A stretch of 45,462 bases of DNA. Origin: Octopus bimaculoides. Its lineage: Eukaryota. The translations under genes and the position numbers were made by a program. The DNA is taken from the NCBI RefSeq assembly GCF_001194135.2, contig NC_068982.1:17857237-17902698 (forward strand). Reading direction: 5' to 3'. Position 1 is the stretch's first letter. Each line of letters starts with the position of its first letter. Below the pieces are notes generated by a model. That model was not told the DNA's origin and ran no database searches. It saw only the letters and a list, made by a program, of their open reading frames with translations. Shown here in pieces: positions 1 through 11,050 of this stretch.

Positions 1-52
<52 letters not shown>

Positions 53-130
53 TTATATTATATATATGTAAATATATATATATTCCTGTGTGTATATATA
101 TATATATATAATATGTGTATATTTGTATGA
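1..130. repeat. (AT)n / (GT)n microsatellite
   Basis: Perfect (AT)n from base 1 followed by degenerate AT/GT dinucleotide runs. Confidence 0.95.
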
Positions 131-744
131 ATATGTGTGTCTGTATGTGTGTGTATAATTATCAATATATATACTGGTACATATATGTATGTATGTATGC
201 GCGCGTATGTGTTCATGAGTGTGTCTTCGAGAAAAAGTGAAATAAGAAGAGACCCAAATCACACAGATAGGAAGCAAAAACAACCTAGAATATGGAAGAA
301 CCAAAATAACAAAAAAATATCAATTAGATATTCATCCCAAAAAGGAAAGATGGTAGCTAGATTTTACAAATCCAGATATGCCTGATTATGAAGCTTTTGT
401 CTTGCAACATGCAATAATTTAATGTAGATAAATGAAATCATGGAGCCAGATACAAAATTTCTCAACAATTCTGTCGCCATTTGTTGCTTTCTGGTAATGA
501 GATTAAAGAGTTTTATTTTTCCTTATACTTACTTTCGGTTTGTTCCTCAGTAATTTCTGCCATATATAGAAAACATTATCATCATAAATAAATGAATAAA
601 TAAAGGATTATTAAACTACTTGTTGTTGTTATTACTGTTGCTATATGAAGCACATTATTATTATAAATAAAGAATTATTATTTTTTTTATTATAACAGCA
701 ACTGAAGTAACTACACCAAAAGAGAAAATGTTTGAAATTACTAT

Positions 745-958
745 CCTTTCCTACTCTAGGCATACGGCCCGAAATTTTGGGGGAGGGGCCAGTCGAATAG
801 ATCAACCCCAGTACGCAACTGGTACTTAATTTATCGATCCCGAAAGTATGAAAGGCAAAGTCGACCTCGGCGGAATTTGAACTCAGAATGTAAAGACAGA
901 CGAAATACCGCAAACATCTCGCCCGGCCTGCTAACGTTTCTGCCAGCTCGCTGCCTTA
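745..958 (-). mobile_element. tRNA-derived SINE, family A, full length
   Basis: Reverse complement of the family A pattern: AAGGCRGCGAGCTGGCAGAA head (A-box-like), GAGTTCAAATTCC B box, GTCGACTTTGCCTTTCAT core, CCTAGAGTAG tail. Same pattern recurs more than 10 times in the window. Confidence 0.9.
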
Positions 959-960
959 TA

Positions 961-1500
961 GTGATCTCATAGCAAGATAAACAGTGTATGACCTTGCAGG
1001 TGGGGCCGATTTAGAATTTTAATGTCCCGCACGATGCTTGAAACGCAGGAGTACGTTTCAACACCGCGGATGGAACACCAGCCGCAGCCCTCTCCATGTG
1101 GTCGAATCCCCACTTTTCTTCGAACCTTATCCACGTGAACCGTACACAGTAGCCCATCCCGCAGAAAAGATCCCAGAATAAGGGTTGTTTAAGGATGATG
1201 AACAAAACACCCATGTTTCCAGAGGTGAATTATTCAAACGCCAAAGATTTCCTCACAGCACATGGCTATGTTGTTCCACGACTTCTTCTGCTCGTGATCA
1301 GAGATGCACGTATCGTCAGCCACTAAGAGTCATGCTCAACTGGTTAAGGTTAAACAACTGACAAGCAAATCCGTGGTATTGAGCAGAATATTTGCTGGAG
1401 CCCATCTTTTATACCGAGACAAAACAATGTACATGATAACACTTCCAATCAATTAAGATCAGAAGCCATGAGATCCACTGCCTGGTATTGCATCAGGGTA
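961..1500 (-). mobile_element. Unclassified interspersed repeat, family E, copy 1
   Basis: About 250 bp aligns by eye with 29845-30096 in opposite orientation (CTCATGGCTT.TGATCTTAA.TGATTGGAA...CTCTGATCACGAGCAGAAG...AATTCACCTCTGG). Confidence 0.75.
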
Positions 1501-1591
1501 TCTTCTTCTTCTTCTTCTTCTTCTTCTTCTTCTTCTTCTTCTTCTTCTTCTTCTTCTTCTTCTTCTTCTTCTTCTTCTTCTTCTTCTTCTT
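1501..1591. repeat. (TTC)n microsatellite
   Basis: About 30 perfect TTC units. Confidence 0.97.
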
Positions 1592-1762
1592 TCCCATTGT
1601 TTTCAACTTACGTTCCCTCATCTCCCACTTCTTGAAATCCTAAGCCAAACCCCTCATCCTTTACGTTTTTATTTTTTTCGTTTTTCTGCAATTCTTTGTT
1701 TTGCTTGTTAGTGTCACAGCTGCTCGTCATCTTCATGCCTATTCCTTTCGATTTCTACAACT

Positions 1763-1793
1763 CTTCTTCTTCATCATCATCATCATTATCATC

Positions 1794-1862
<69 letters not shown>

Positions 1863-1880
1863 GTCATTATCATCATCATT

Positions 1881-1912
<32 letters not shown>

Positions 1913-1929
1913 TATCATCATCATCATCG

Positions 1930-1962
<33 letters not shown>
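1763..1962. repeat. (TCA)n microsatellite
   Basis: Long near-perfect ATC/TCA tract; source of the poly-S, poly-I, poly-M and poly-D ORFs. Confidence 0.97.
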
Positions 1963-1963
<1 letters not shown>

Positions 1964-2914
1964 GGTTTTCTTTCCCCAATGCTTCTTTTTCTCTGTCTTC
2001 TTATTCGCGTCATCATCTCTTATCCGCTTAATTAAAGGAATTGTGAGAGATTGTTCCTTCAGTATGTGTCGAATTCCTATTAATACCTGGGGTCGCTGCT
2101 CCTTATACAATCCACATAATAGGAAAATAATGGCAGTATTTATGAAGATAAGTAACGCTTCGTTTATAGCTTCATTACATATTCAGTTGGAGAATGTCAT
2201 TAAAATGTTACCCATGGCATTTTTATGTTACTTTGTTTCCTTTTTATGTGTTTTTATTTTACTACTTTTGCATAAATTGCCTAAATTCACATGCACACTT
2301 TTGAAGACATCTTTGTCCCGTAAGTTTATACACACGCACAAATATATATATATATATATATGTATACACACACCTAGAAAATAGATACAGATACATACAT
2401 ATACGCTTACCTACTTATAATGCATACGTCTATATTATTATGGATTTATGTGTAATACACACATGCATGCATATAAATACACGCAGACACACACACACAC
2501 ATATGGATATATGTATTTTAAATTGTTTATATTGCAGGATATACGTATATTTAATTCTCTATATAACAGAGTGTATCTATGTTTAATTGTAAATGTATGG
2601 ATATATGTATGTAGGTTATTTTGTATAAACGAATCGAGGCAGCCGAAGCTGCAGCTTAAAACGGAACGACTATGACACCCAAAACTATCATCCCCCTGCT
2701 TTTCCCGATGTATCATGTCAATCACCTCTCTGATAAGTAACCCGTATTTCCGACGGCCTCTCACACCAACGACCTCTCTTTTACTCTCGCTCTCCCCCTT
2801 GTCTCCTCTGTCTCTTTCTCTGTTTGTCTCTGTCTCTCTGTCTTCCATTATAAGCAACACCTCTCTATATTTCTTACTCTCTGCATTCATCTCCTCTTCA
2901 ATATTCTGGTTCAA

Positions 2915-3132
2915 TAAGACGGCGAGATGGCAGAAACGTTAACACGCCGAGCGAAATGCCTAGCGATATTTCATCTGTCTTGACATTCTGAGTTCAAATT
3001 CCACCGAGGTTGACTTTACCTTTCATCCTTTCAGGGTCGATAAATTAAGTACAAGTTTTGTACTGGTGTCGATCTAATCGACTGGCCCCGTCCTTCAAAA
3101 TTACGGGCCTTGTACCTAGAGTAGAAAAGAAT
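2915..3132 (+). mobile_element. tRNA-derived SINE, family A
   Basis: TAAGACGGCGAGATGGCAGAA head, CTGAGTTCAAATTCC B box, CCTAGAGTAGAAAAGAAT tail. Confidence 0.9.
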
Positions 3133-3540
3133 GTTCTCGTTCAGTTTTTTAACATCGTATCCACTTTTGTTTCGTTGCCATCGGATTTTTATTACTTGAA
3201 TACTTTATGAAATACATTTACCCCAATCTTTAAGAATTGTTCACATCTCAGATCAAGCAAACTTTCCTCAGCCTCTTGATTTTAGCTATTGTTCAGTGTT
3301 TTAATATGGTTAACGATTTCCATGTCAAACACAAATATATATAAAACAAAATTCAGATCATTATAGAGTCAAAATCTTATCCTTATCAGTGACGGAAGCT
3401 TTCTTTTGTTAAATATGGTACGCCCATTATTAGACCGAGCTGAACAGGTTCTATAATTACTTCTGAAAGTATATCTAGATGTTTGAAAATCGATGAGTAA
3501 ATCGATCAATATAACAATTATTAATACGTCTCAGACTAAT

Positions 3541-3645
3541 TAGGCGGCGTGCTGGCAGAATCGTTACCGTATCGGACACAACGCTTCGTGGCATTTTTTC
3601 TGACTTTACGTTCTTAGTTCAAATGCTATTACTGTCGACTTTACC
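3541..3645 (+). mobile_element. SINE family A, 5' half
   Basis: TAGGCGGCGTGCTGGCAGAATCG head through GTCGACTTTACC, then a second copy begins. Confidence 0.8.
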
Positions 3646-3649
3646 GCCG

Positions 3650-3869
3650 AAGGCAACGAGCTGGCAGAATCGTTTGCATGCCGGGCAAAATGTCTAATGG
3701 TATTTCGTCCGTCTTTATATTCTGAGTTCAGATTCTGCCGAGGTCGACTTTACCTTTCATCCTTTCGGGATCGATAAATCAAGTATCAGTTAAGTACTGG
3801 GGTCGATACAATCGACCTACTCCCTCCTTCTCCGAATTGGCTGACCTCGTGCTAAAATTTGAAATCAAT
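3650..3869 (+). mobile_element. SINE family A
   Basis: AAGGCAACGAGCTGGCAGAATCG head, CTGAGTTCAGATTCTGCCGAGGTCGAC, core to GCTAAAATTTGAAATCAAT. Confidence 0.88.
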
Positions 3870-4337
3870 ATGTCTCAGACTAAGAAATAGATAAACAGAT
3901 AATTATAAGTTAAAACTCAGTCTAACCATTTCGAAGAAACATTGCTCTCAAGGCTGGTAGGAATATCAGCTGATAAAAAGCAAATTATCATTATATTCGC
4001 CTCAATAGCTGTGTTGTAAGTGATTTCTATTGTCAGCTTTCTGGAAATCGCCTGTGGAATTTTATGCATCTTCAAACTTCACTGGTACCGTATCAGTGAC
4101 CAGGTCAGCATTATTATTTGACACCAAATAATACATGTTTAAGTGAAGTCACCAATCTTTGTGTATTTTGAATGTCTAATATGTGCCTTCAAAGCTGTCA
4201 CTGTTTTAGTTTCATCTCACGTTCTCAGATCAAATCACTTGCCAGACAAGTGTATTTACAAACTTCATAATTTTAAAAATAAATACAGATAAAATAAGTA
4301 ATAATATCCGATAATAAAATATATGTCTAGTATCTCT

Positions 4338-5660
4338 GTTGGACGCCACTTACTTTGGTTGCAGCACTATTGCTGCCATAGCAATAAGCTTTACTATTCT
4401 AGCTACGAATTCTATAATAACGTTGTCACATACAACGGGGAAGATTTTCAACACAATTTGCAACAAAAATAACAATGACAAAATCAACCGGGACAAAAAC
4501 AATGAAATCTTCAACAACAACAACAACAACATCATCATCATCCAAGGATTTACTTTCGATGGAAAACATTTTTCAGTTTTGCTAGTCTCAAAGGAATACA
4601 CTAGAAGTAGAAACAACAAAACCTGGAAAAATATTAAGAAAAAGAATAAGTAACTGCCATAACATCTCAGCAACAACTCGGCTGCACAATACAAAATGAA
4701 ACACTGCCAACATCACTACAGATTCAATCACCGGTAAAAATATCAACAACAAAAGTTATAACAAAGTAGCTGCACATTCAAACGCTACAGGAAAATTAGC
4801 CAACCATCTGCAAGAAATAAGCGGTGTCCGTTAAGTTGTCCACAAAGAGGGATGAAGAATGTTGTAAATGTGGTTCAGGAATTCATACTGATATATACCT
4901 AAAAATTCTGCAAGCTTAGACAGTGTGCCGATACCTGCACATGCACAAAGATACTCTGAAAGCAGTCTAACAGCAAAAGGGCTTTTGAAGGCTGTGGCAA
5001 AAGATACGGCACAGTAACAATCAGACACATATCGGAAACCGAAAAAAGAGGCGCCCTGCTATCCTATCTGAAAGTGAAACTTTCATTCTTACACTAGTTT
5101 ATATTTCGCGGCGCAAGACAAAGCTGAGAGAGGTGGACGTGGTTCAAGAAATATACAACTGATCTTTGTAGAAGCTGTGTGGTCCGATAAAGATAAAACA
5201 ACGATTATGGTGATACAAAAGATACGAAAAAGAACATTCGTTGAGTTTGGGCGTCGGTTTCTTAGTCCAATCTAACCGAAAAAAAGTTGGAAGCAATCGC
5301 CTAACTGATGGAGTTAATTAAATTGAAGTAAGCAGTTTGTAACGATGAAAAAGCAAGGCCCAAATGTCGCACATGTGGTACCCCATATCACCTAAGGGCC
5401 TTTTGCTTATAGTAAAGAACGAGAAAGCAAAGGCTCGCTACATCTAAAGACACCACAAAAACAATTAACTTCAGTCGCATAATCAACAAGATAACCTACA
5501 GCAGTACCAAAAGGCAACAACTAAAATAACAGCAACAATGACAATAATAACAATAGAGACCAATTCCACTACGCAACAGTGCGGTTCCACTACCAGAAAA
5601 AGCAAAAACCCTCTTCAACGAGGTAGGGAACAATACAACAAATATTCACGTAGACACTTG
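4338..5660 (+). pseudogene. Degenerate LINE ORF1/gag-like region with CCHC zinc knuckle
   Basis: Frame 1 at 5341-5409 reads NDEKARPKCRTCGTPYHLRAFCL, an exact CX2CX4HX4C knuckle (5365-5406). Upstream frameshifted blocks GKRYGTVTIR and SETFILTLVYISRRKTKLREVDV; Thr/Asn-rich low-complexity flanks; many stops. Confidence 0.6.
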
Positions 5661-5663
5661 TAT

Positions 5664-5885
5664 AGTGGCAAGCCGGCAGAATCGTTAGCACGCCGGGCAA
5701 AATGCTTAGCGGTATTTTGCTCGTCTTTACGTTCTGAGTTCAAATTCGGCGTAAGTCAATTTTGATTTTTCATCCTTTCGGGGTCGATGAAATAAGTAGA
5801 AGTTGAGCACTGGGGTCAATGTAATCGACTAGCTACCTCCCCTCAAATTTCAGGCCTTGCGCATTTAGTAGAAAGGATTATTATT
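5664..5885 (+). mobile_element. SINE family A
   Basis: GGCAGAATCGTTAGCACGCCGGGCAAAATGCTTAGCGG, CTGAGTTCAAATTC B box, AGTAGAAAGGATTATT tail. Confidence 0.9.
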
Positions 5886-5967
5886 TTTGGCATTTTCATG
5901 CGTACTTCGAAAGTACAAAAGAAGCCGAAGAACGCAATGCAACACGATGTTTCCAGATTTCAAAAAT

Positions 5968-5969
5968 GG

Positions 5970-6042
<73 letters not shown>

Positions 6043-6130
6043 TACCGATCACATATGCACATTATATATGCACGTAAACATACAAATACACGTGTGTATG
6101 CCTGTACGCATATATGTGTCTGTGTATGTA

Positions 6131-6161
<31 letters not shown>

Positions 6162-6165
6162 CCAT
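5968..6165. repeat. Compound (CA)n/(TA)n microsatellite
   Basis: (CA) run of about 32 units, then degenerate CA/TG and (TA)n. Confidence 0.95.
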
Positions 6166-6533
6166 GAATGCAAACATGTTGCGATATTCACACATGGATA
6201 AATAGATATGAAATAAGAATTTAAAAGCTCAGGAGTCGTTGTGTGCTTTGCCTCTTCCTCGTCGAGTGTGGCACATTTTAATCAACACTTCCGCTGTTTG
6301 TATCAGGTTCATAATAAAAGACGTCATTAATGAAAGCAAAATTGTCTTTCGCACATCGACCGAGACAGCTTGGCACCAACTTCAACGTAAAAGGCTTTGT
6401 TCTTTCTTTATCATATTATTTTTGCTTTTTTCTGTTTATTTTGTTTCATTTTACTTGTGTTGAAGATAAGACCTGCACACTGAATTCTTAAAACGAAGAA
6501 AAATACGTAGTCTTCAGAGACATAACCCCAATG

Positions 6534-6536
<3 letters not shown>

Positions 6537-6590
<54 letters not shown>

Positions 6591-6673
6591 GTTGATATGT
6601 GTGAGTGTGTGTGAGTGTGTATGAATATGAATATGTGTATATGTAAGCGTGTATTTAGTATTGCGTATCTTGA

Positions 6674-6707
<34 letters not shown>

Positions 6708-6765
6708 CACACATAAGTGTGCGTGCGTGTGTATGTGTGCGTACATATGTCTGCGTGTGCGGGTG
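6537..6765. repeat. Compound (AT)n/(GT)n microsatellite
   Basis: Direct inspection. Confidence 0.93.
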
Positions 6766-7175
6766 TTGAGACAAATGGGGAGGATAATACATGGTTCGAA
6801 TTAAGAATTCCACTAGTTTTAGTTATGAATTCATGTGAGATGAATAGTAAATACCTAGGATCTCTGTTAATCCACCTTGCTCGGTGAAATTGACGTTGTT
6901 CTTATATTGTTTGATGTTCGGTACAAGTGTTTCTACAAGAGACGAATAAATGAAGAGGGAATTTCAGAGGATAGCAGGCGCAAAAGACGATCGAACACAG
7001 AAATATAAATCGCACGATCTGAGTTTGAAGTTTTTGGCATGGCCCAAGAAAATGCAACAAGAACTGAATATGGGTTCAAATGAAGGTCTCATGCAATGAC
7101 GAATTGTTTGAAGAGCAATCCTCATAGTAATATTAGAAGAAGGAGATAATATAAACGGTGTACATATTAATCGGT

Positions 7176-7512
7176 GGAGGCGCAATGGCCCAGTGGTTAG
7201 GGCAGCGGACTCGCGGTCATAGAATCGCGGTTTCGATTCCCACACTGGGCGTTGTGAGTGTTTATTGAGCGAAAACACCTAAAGCTCCGGCAGAGGATGG
7301 TGGCGAACCCTGCTGTACTCTTTCACCACAGCTTTCTCTCACTCTTACTTCCTGTTTCTGTTGTCCTTGTAATTCAAAGAGTCAGCCTTGTCACACTGTG
7401 TCACGCTGAATATCCCCTAGAACTACGTTAAGGGTACACGTGTCTGTGGAGTGCTCAGCCACTTGCACGTTAATTTCACGAGCAGGCTGTTCCGTTGATC
7501 GGATCAACTGAA
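7176..7512 (+). mobile_element. tRNA-derived SINE, family C (3' tip missing)
   Basis: GGAGGCGCAATGGCCCAGTGGTTAGGGCAGCGG...GGTTTCGATTCCC tRNA-like head; highly similar to 36082-36460. Confidence 0.92.
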
Positions 7513-8089
7513 CATGTTTGCCACTGGACTGTTATTGCTTGGTGGTGGCAACGTCGTTTACTTTCTTGTAGATGTTCTCGTTGTTGTTTAGTAGTTACTG
7601 CTTGTGGTTTTGTAGTTGATGCTTGTTTTTAGACACAGGCCAGACATAGGCCAGCTTACGATGAAACGCTTTCCAGTGGTGAGTATTTTAGCCCGGACCT
7701 TAGAATATGGAACAAAACCTGCAGAGCATAGGGACATACTGTCTAACAATTCTGCTAATTAGCCGCGAAAAAGGACAATATTTTTCAATAACAGTATTTC
7801 AAAAGTGAATGACTGATATCACAATTTTCACAAATTGTTTAGCAGTAGAGAACTTTTACATAATTAATAGCGTTTTGTGCACTTGTCACAGCACTAATCT
7901 GTCTATCTCTGTAAGTACACATGCAGGCGCATACACACAGAAACGTTCATATCGCTTATATTCAGCCATCATCAAATTAAGAGCCTATAACATGTCAATT
8001 ATTTATCTTTAGTAATTCCTTGGCGAGTATCCATTTTGGTAAATGAGAAACTGGTGAGTGCAAAAAATTCGTTTATTTTAAATGTTTAT

Positions 8090-8250
8090 TTTAAATCTTT
8101 TAAATCTTTTAGCTTTTATCTTTTACATGTGACAGTCAGGAGACCGCGGCCATGCTGGATCACGGCCTCTGAGAATGTATCTACACCAGTAAGATTTTTT
8201 AAGATTGGTACTTATTGGATCAGTCTCTTTTGCCGAACCGCTATGCAATA
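8090..8250 (-). mobile_element. SINE family B, degenerate 3' half
   Basis: GCGGCCATGCTGGA and CAGTCTCTTTTGCCGAACCGCTA match the reverse complement of the family B 3' part. Confidence 0.75.
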
Positions 8251-8263
8251 GATATTTTATTGG

Positions 8264-8306
8264 TTGAACGATATTTCGACAGCAAGTCTGCCTTTGTCGG
8301 GTTCAA
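8264..8306 (-). ncRNA. Degenerate minimal type-I hammerhead ribozyme motif (Penelope-like)
   Basis: Minus strand: TTGAAC-CCGACAAA-GGCAG(acttg)CTGTC-GAA-ATAT-C-GTTCAA. Helix I 6 bp, helix II 5 bp with one G-U, palindromic helix III; core deviates from CUGANGA at two positions. Confidence 0.55.
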
Positions 8307-8489
8307 AGTAAAACGTGATAAAAATTCAAAATTTTTGAAATTCAGGCTTGTGTTTTTCTTTTTCTCAGTTATAAAATTGAAACTTTTAAAAACTGATGAT
8401 GTTATTCCATCAACGTGTGGACGCTACTTGCTCTCGTTCATACTTTAGATTTGAATTTCTAAAATCTTGAATTTTTATCACTTTTTACT

Positions 8490-8532
8490 TTGAACTCGAG
8501 AAAGACAGACTTACTGTCGAAATATCGTTCAA
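8490..8532 (+). ncRNA. Degenerate minimal type-I hammerhead ribozyme motif (Penelope-like)
   Basis: TTGAAC-TCGAGAAA-GACAG(actta)CTGTC-GAA-ATAT-C-GTTCAA. Perfect 6-bp helix I and 5-bp helix II, palindromic ATAT helix III, AUC triplet; core mutated. Confidence 0.55.
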
Positions 8533-8635
8533 TCAATGAAGTATCTCTTGCAATCGCATCGCGCTCTTCGTCTCGTCTGTTTACCTTTGTGAAGAGTTAC
8601 ATCAATCCTTTTAAAATAATAATAATAATAATAAT

Positions 8636-8690
8636 GATAATAATAATAATAATAAAGAAGAAGAAGAAGAAGAAACAACAAAAGCTATAA
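8636..8690. repeat. (AAT)n/(AAG)n tract at the 5' flank of the R4-like copy
   Basis: Direct inspection. Confidence 0.9.
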
Positions 8691-8695
8691 AACAA

Positions 8696-9764
8696 ATGAA
8701 ATCCAAACTAAAACTAGAACAGCAACGGACCATGATAAAACGATGGCAAGAAAAGCCCCTACATGGTAAATACTGGGCTAAACTAAATGCGAAAGAAATA
8801 GACAGAGAAAAATCCCAGCAATGGCTGAGAAGCTCAGGACTCAAAGCAGAGACTGAAGGATTTTTAATTGCTGCACAAGACCAAAGCCTCCCCACCAGAA
8901 ATTACCAAAAACACATAATGAAAAGAAATATAACAAGTAACTGTAGAATATGTGGAGATCGACAAGAAACAATAAATCATATTATCTCTGGCTGCCCAGT
9001 CCTGGCTAAGAAGGAATATATCCACAGACACGACAGAGCTGGGACCTANNNNNNNNNNNNNNNNNNNNNNNNNNNNNNNNNNNNNNNNNNNNNNNNNNNN
9101 NNNNNNNNNNNNNNNNNNNNNNNNNNNNNNNNNNNNNNNNNNNNNNNNNNNNNNNNNNNNNNNNNNNNNNNNNNNNNNNNNNNNNNNNNNNNNNNNNNNN
9201 NNNNNNNNNNNNNNNNNNNNNNNNNNNNNNNNNNNNNNNNNNNNNNNNNNNNNNNNNNNNNNNNNNNNNNNNNNNNNNNNNNNNNNNNNNNNNNNNNNNN
9301 NNNNNNNNNNNNNNNNNNNNNNNNNNNNNNNNNNNNNNNNNNNNNNNNNNNNNNNNNNNNNNNNNNNNNNNNNNNNNNNNNNNNNNNNNNNNNNNNNNNN
9401 NNNNNNNNNNNNNNNNNNNNNNNNNNNNNNNNNNNNNNNNNNNNNNNNNNNNNNNNNNNNTACAAAGACCTGGAAATAGAGATAACTCGAATGTGGAATC
9501 TAAAAACAGAAACAATTCCTATCATAGTAGGTGCCTTAGGTATAATAAAAAAATATTCAGACAAATACATAACAAAAATAGCAGGACTTACAAATATATA
9601 TAACATACAGAAAATTGCACTACTGGGTACTGCACACATCCTACGCAAAACACTTTCAATACAGTAAACATAAGAGCACCACAGCAAACCACAGCACATA
9701 CCCAAGGCGCACAGAGCTGCGCTCGGTAGTGAAGTGAAAGCACGTTATAAAAATAAAACTACTG
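8696..9764 (+). mobile_element. 5'-truncated R4/Dong-clade non-LTR retrotransposon (RLE type), copy 1, with internal N-gap
   Basis: ORF 8696-9667 carries LKAETEGFLIAAQDQSL, CCHC knuckle CRICGDRQETINHIISGC followed by YIHRHD, and C-terminal KYKDL..IVGALG..QKIALLGTAHILRKTL typical of RLE-bearing LINEs. About 100-bp 3' UTR ends AAAACTACTG followed by (AAT)n. Confidence 0.88.
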
Positions 9765-9785
9765 AATAATAATTATAATAATATA

Positions 9786-9910
9786 TTCTATTATTAGCCA
9801 CAAGGGTTCACATAGAAAAACGTTAAGTGACATATAACATAAGAGACAAAAACAGGACAGTACAATGGGTTTTCTGCATACAAACAATATAAATAACAAT
9901 GAAAAATTAA
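9786..9910 (-). mobile_element. LINE-type 3' terminus fragment
   Basis: Minus strand ends TTCTATGTGAACCCTTGTGGCTAATAATAGAAT, matching the termini at 30593-30625 and the SINE A2 tail near 39140-39172. Confidence 0.6.
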
Positions 9911-9914
9911 GCAA

Positions 9915-9916
<2 letters not shown>

Positions 9917-9988
<72 letters not shown>
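9917..9988. repeat. (AAT)n microsatellite
   Basis: About 24 perfect units. Confidence 0.97.
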
Positions 9989-9992
<4 letters not shown>

Positions 9993-10069
9993 GATAATTT
10001 GAAACTTTCAGATGTTGAAAACTAATAGTGGTGATGATGATGGTGACGAACGTTACTCAATCTCACTTT

Positions 10070-10450
10070 ATGAGAGACAGGAGTTTCTGAAGTGACTCTG
10101 GTTTCAACAGTGAAAATGAAGCTGGACCTTTAAGAAAAGGCCTCTCGCTCGGCAATGGTTCAGTATAGAGGCTGACTGACCATAGCTATCATTCAAATGC
10201 AGCACCAACAGATAACAGAGCAAGGAGGAGGAAGTGGATCAGCAAAGAAAACAGGATAGTAATGTAGTGCTACTTAGAAGGTGAACTTCAAAGAAGGGGC
10301 TATAAAAAACGGATGCAGCACAGTTCCAGAAAACAATGTTATTAGGAACAGCTAGGTTACTAAGGAGGGTTCTTGGCATCATAGGTTACTTGTTGCAGCC
10401 AGATGCTAGGAGTTTTTTTCTTTTCCAGCTGTCTAATCTGTTGTGTGTAT
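10070..10450 (+). mobile_element. Internally deleted R4/Dong-like element of a second family (5' ORF start fused to 3' ORF end)
   Basis: One frame from ATG 10070 reads ...APTDNRARRRKWISKENRIVM*CYLEGELQRRGYKKRM (N-terminal motif of R4/Dong-like ORFs as I recall it). At about 10320 it joins FQKTMLLGTARLLRRVLG, homologous to the C-terminus QKIALLGTAHILRKTL of the neighbouring copies. Confidence 0.65.
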
Positions 10451-10454
10451 ATAA

Positions 10455-10512
10455 AAATAAAAATAATAATAATGATAACAACAACAACAACAGCAACAAC
10501 AACAACAACAGC

Positions 10513-10555
<43 letters not shown>

Positions 10556-10615
10556 ATAATAATGACGATGATGCTGATGATAATAATAACAATAATATTA
10601 ATAATAATAATAATA
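10455..10615. repeat. Compound (AAT)n/(AAC)n microsatellite
   Basis: Direct inspection. Confidence 0.95.
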
Positions 10616-11050
10616 GAGATAGAAATTAAGGCCAATAGGCCAGATATAGTTTTCAGAGATCATGAAGAAAAAAATGCTTTCAAATTGATGTATCAATACC
10701 AGCAGATGACAACGTTTCTCTAAAAGAAATGGAAAAACTTTCAAAATACAAAGACCTGGAAATAGAGATAACTCGAATGTGGAATCTAAAAACAGAAACA
10801 ATTCCTATCATAGTAGGTGCCTTAGGTATAATAAAAAAATATTCAGACAAATACATAACAAAAACACCAGGACTTACAAATATATATAACATTCAGAAAA
10901 TTGCACTACCGGGCACTGCACACATCCTACGTAAAACACTTTCAATACAGTAACCATAAGAGCATCACAGCAAACCACAGCACATACCCAAGGCGCACAG
11001 AGCTGCGCTCGGTAGTGAAGTGAAAGCACGTTATAAAAATAAAACTACTG
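10616..11050 (+). mobile_element. R4/Dong-clade element 3' end, copy 2 (RLE domain plus 3' UTR)
   Basis: NRPDIVFRDHEEK/KCFQIDVSIPADDNVSLKEMEKLSKYKDL (PD..D..P..K RLE motif, with a -1 frameshift in an A7 run); same 3' UTR as copy 1; ends in (AAT)n. Confidence 0.9.

Noticed and set aside
433-500. Possible 66-bp exon INEIMEPDTKFLNNSVAICCFL with GTAATG donor
   Set aside because: Weak acceptor, no recognisable domain, no partner exons.
1696-2384. Long poly-S, poly-I, poly-M and poly-D ORFs
   Set aside because: Translations of the (TCA)n microsatellite in different frames; the same applies to all HT-, YI-, VC- and MYVC-repeat ORFs.
3921-4103. Candidate exons with GTAAGT and GTCAGC donors (FWKSPVEFYASSNFTGTVSVT or a hydrophobic frame)
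   Set aside because: No family recognised and frames are ambiguous; needs RNA-seq.
7176-7250. tRNA genes at SINE heads (also 12995-13067, 36082-36155)
   Set aside because: tRNA-like A/B boxes continue into SINE bodies and the anticodon stems are imperfect; not functional tRNAs, and I did not assign isotypes.
7520-7720. Possible third ORF1 remnant on the minus strand
   Set aside because: Only a low-complexity tail and one Cys; knuckle not recoverable.
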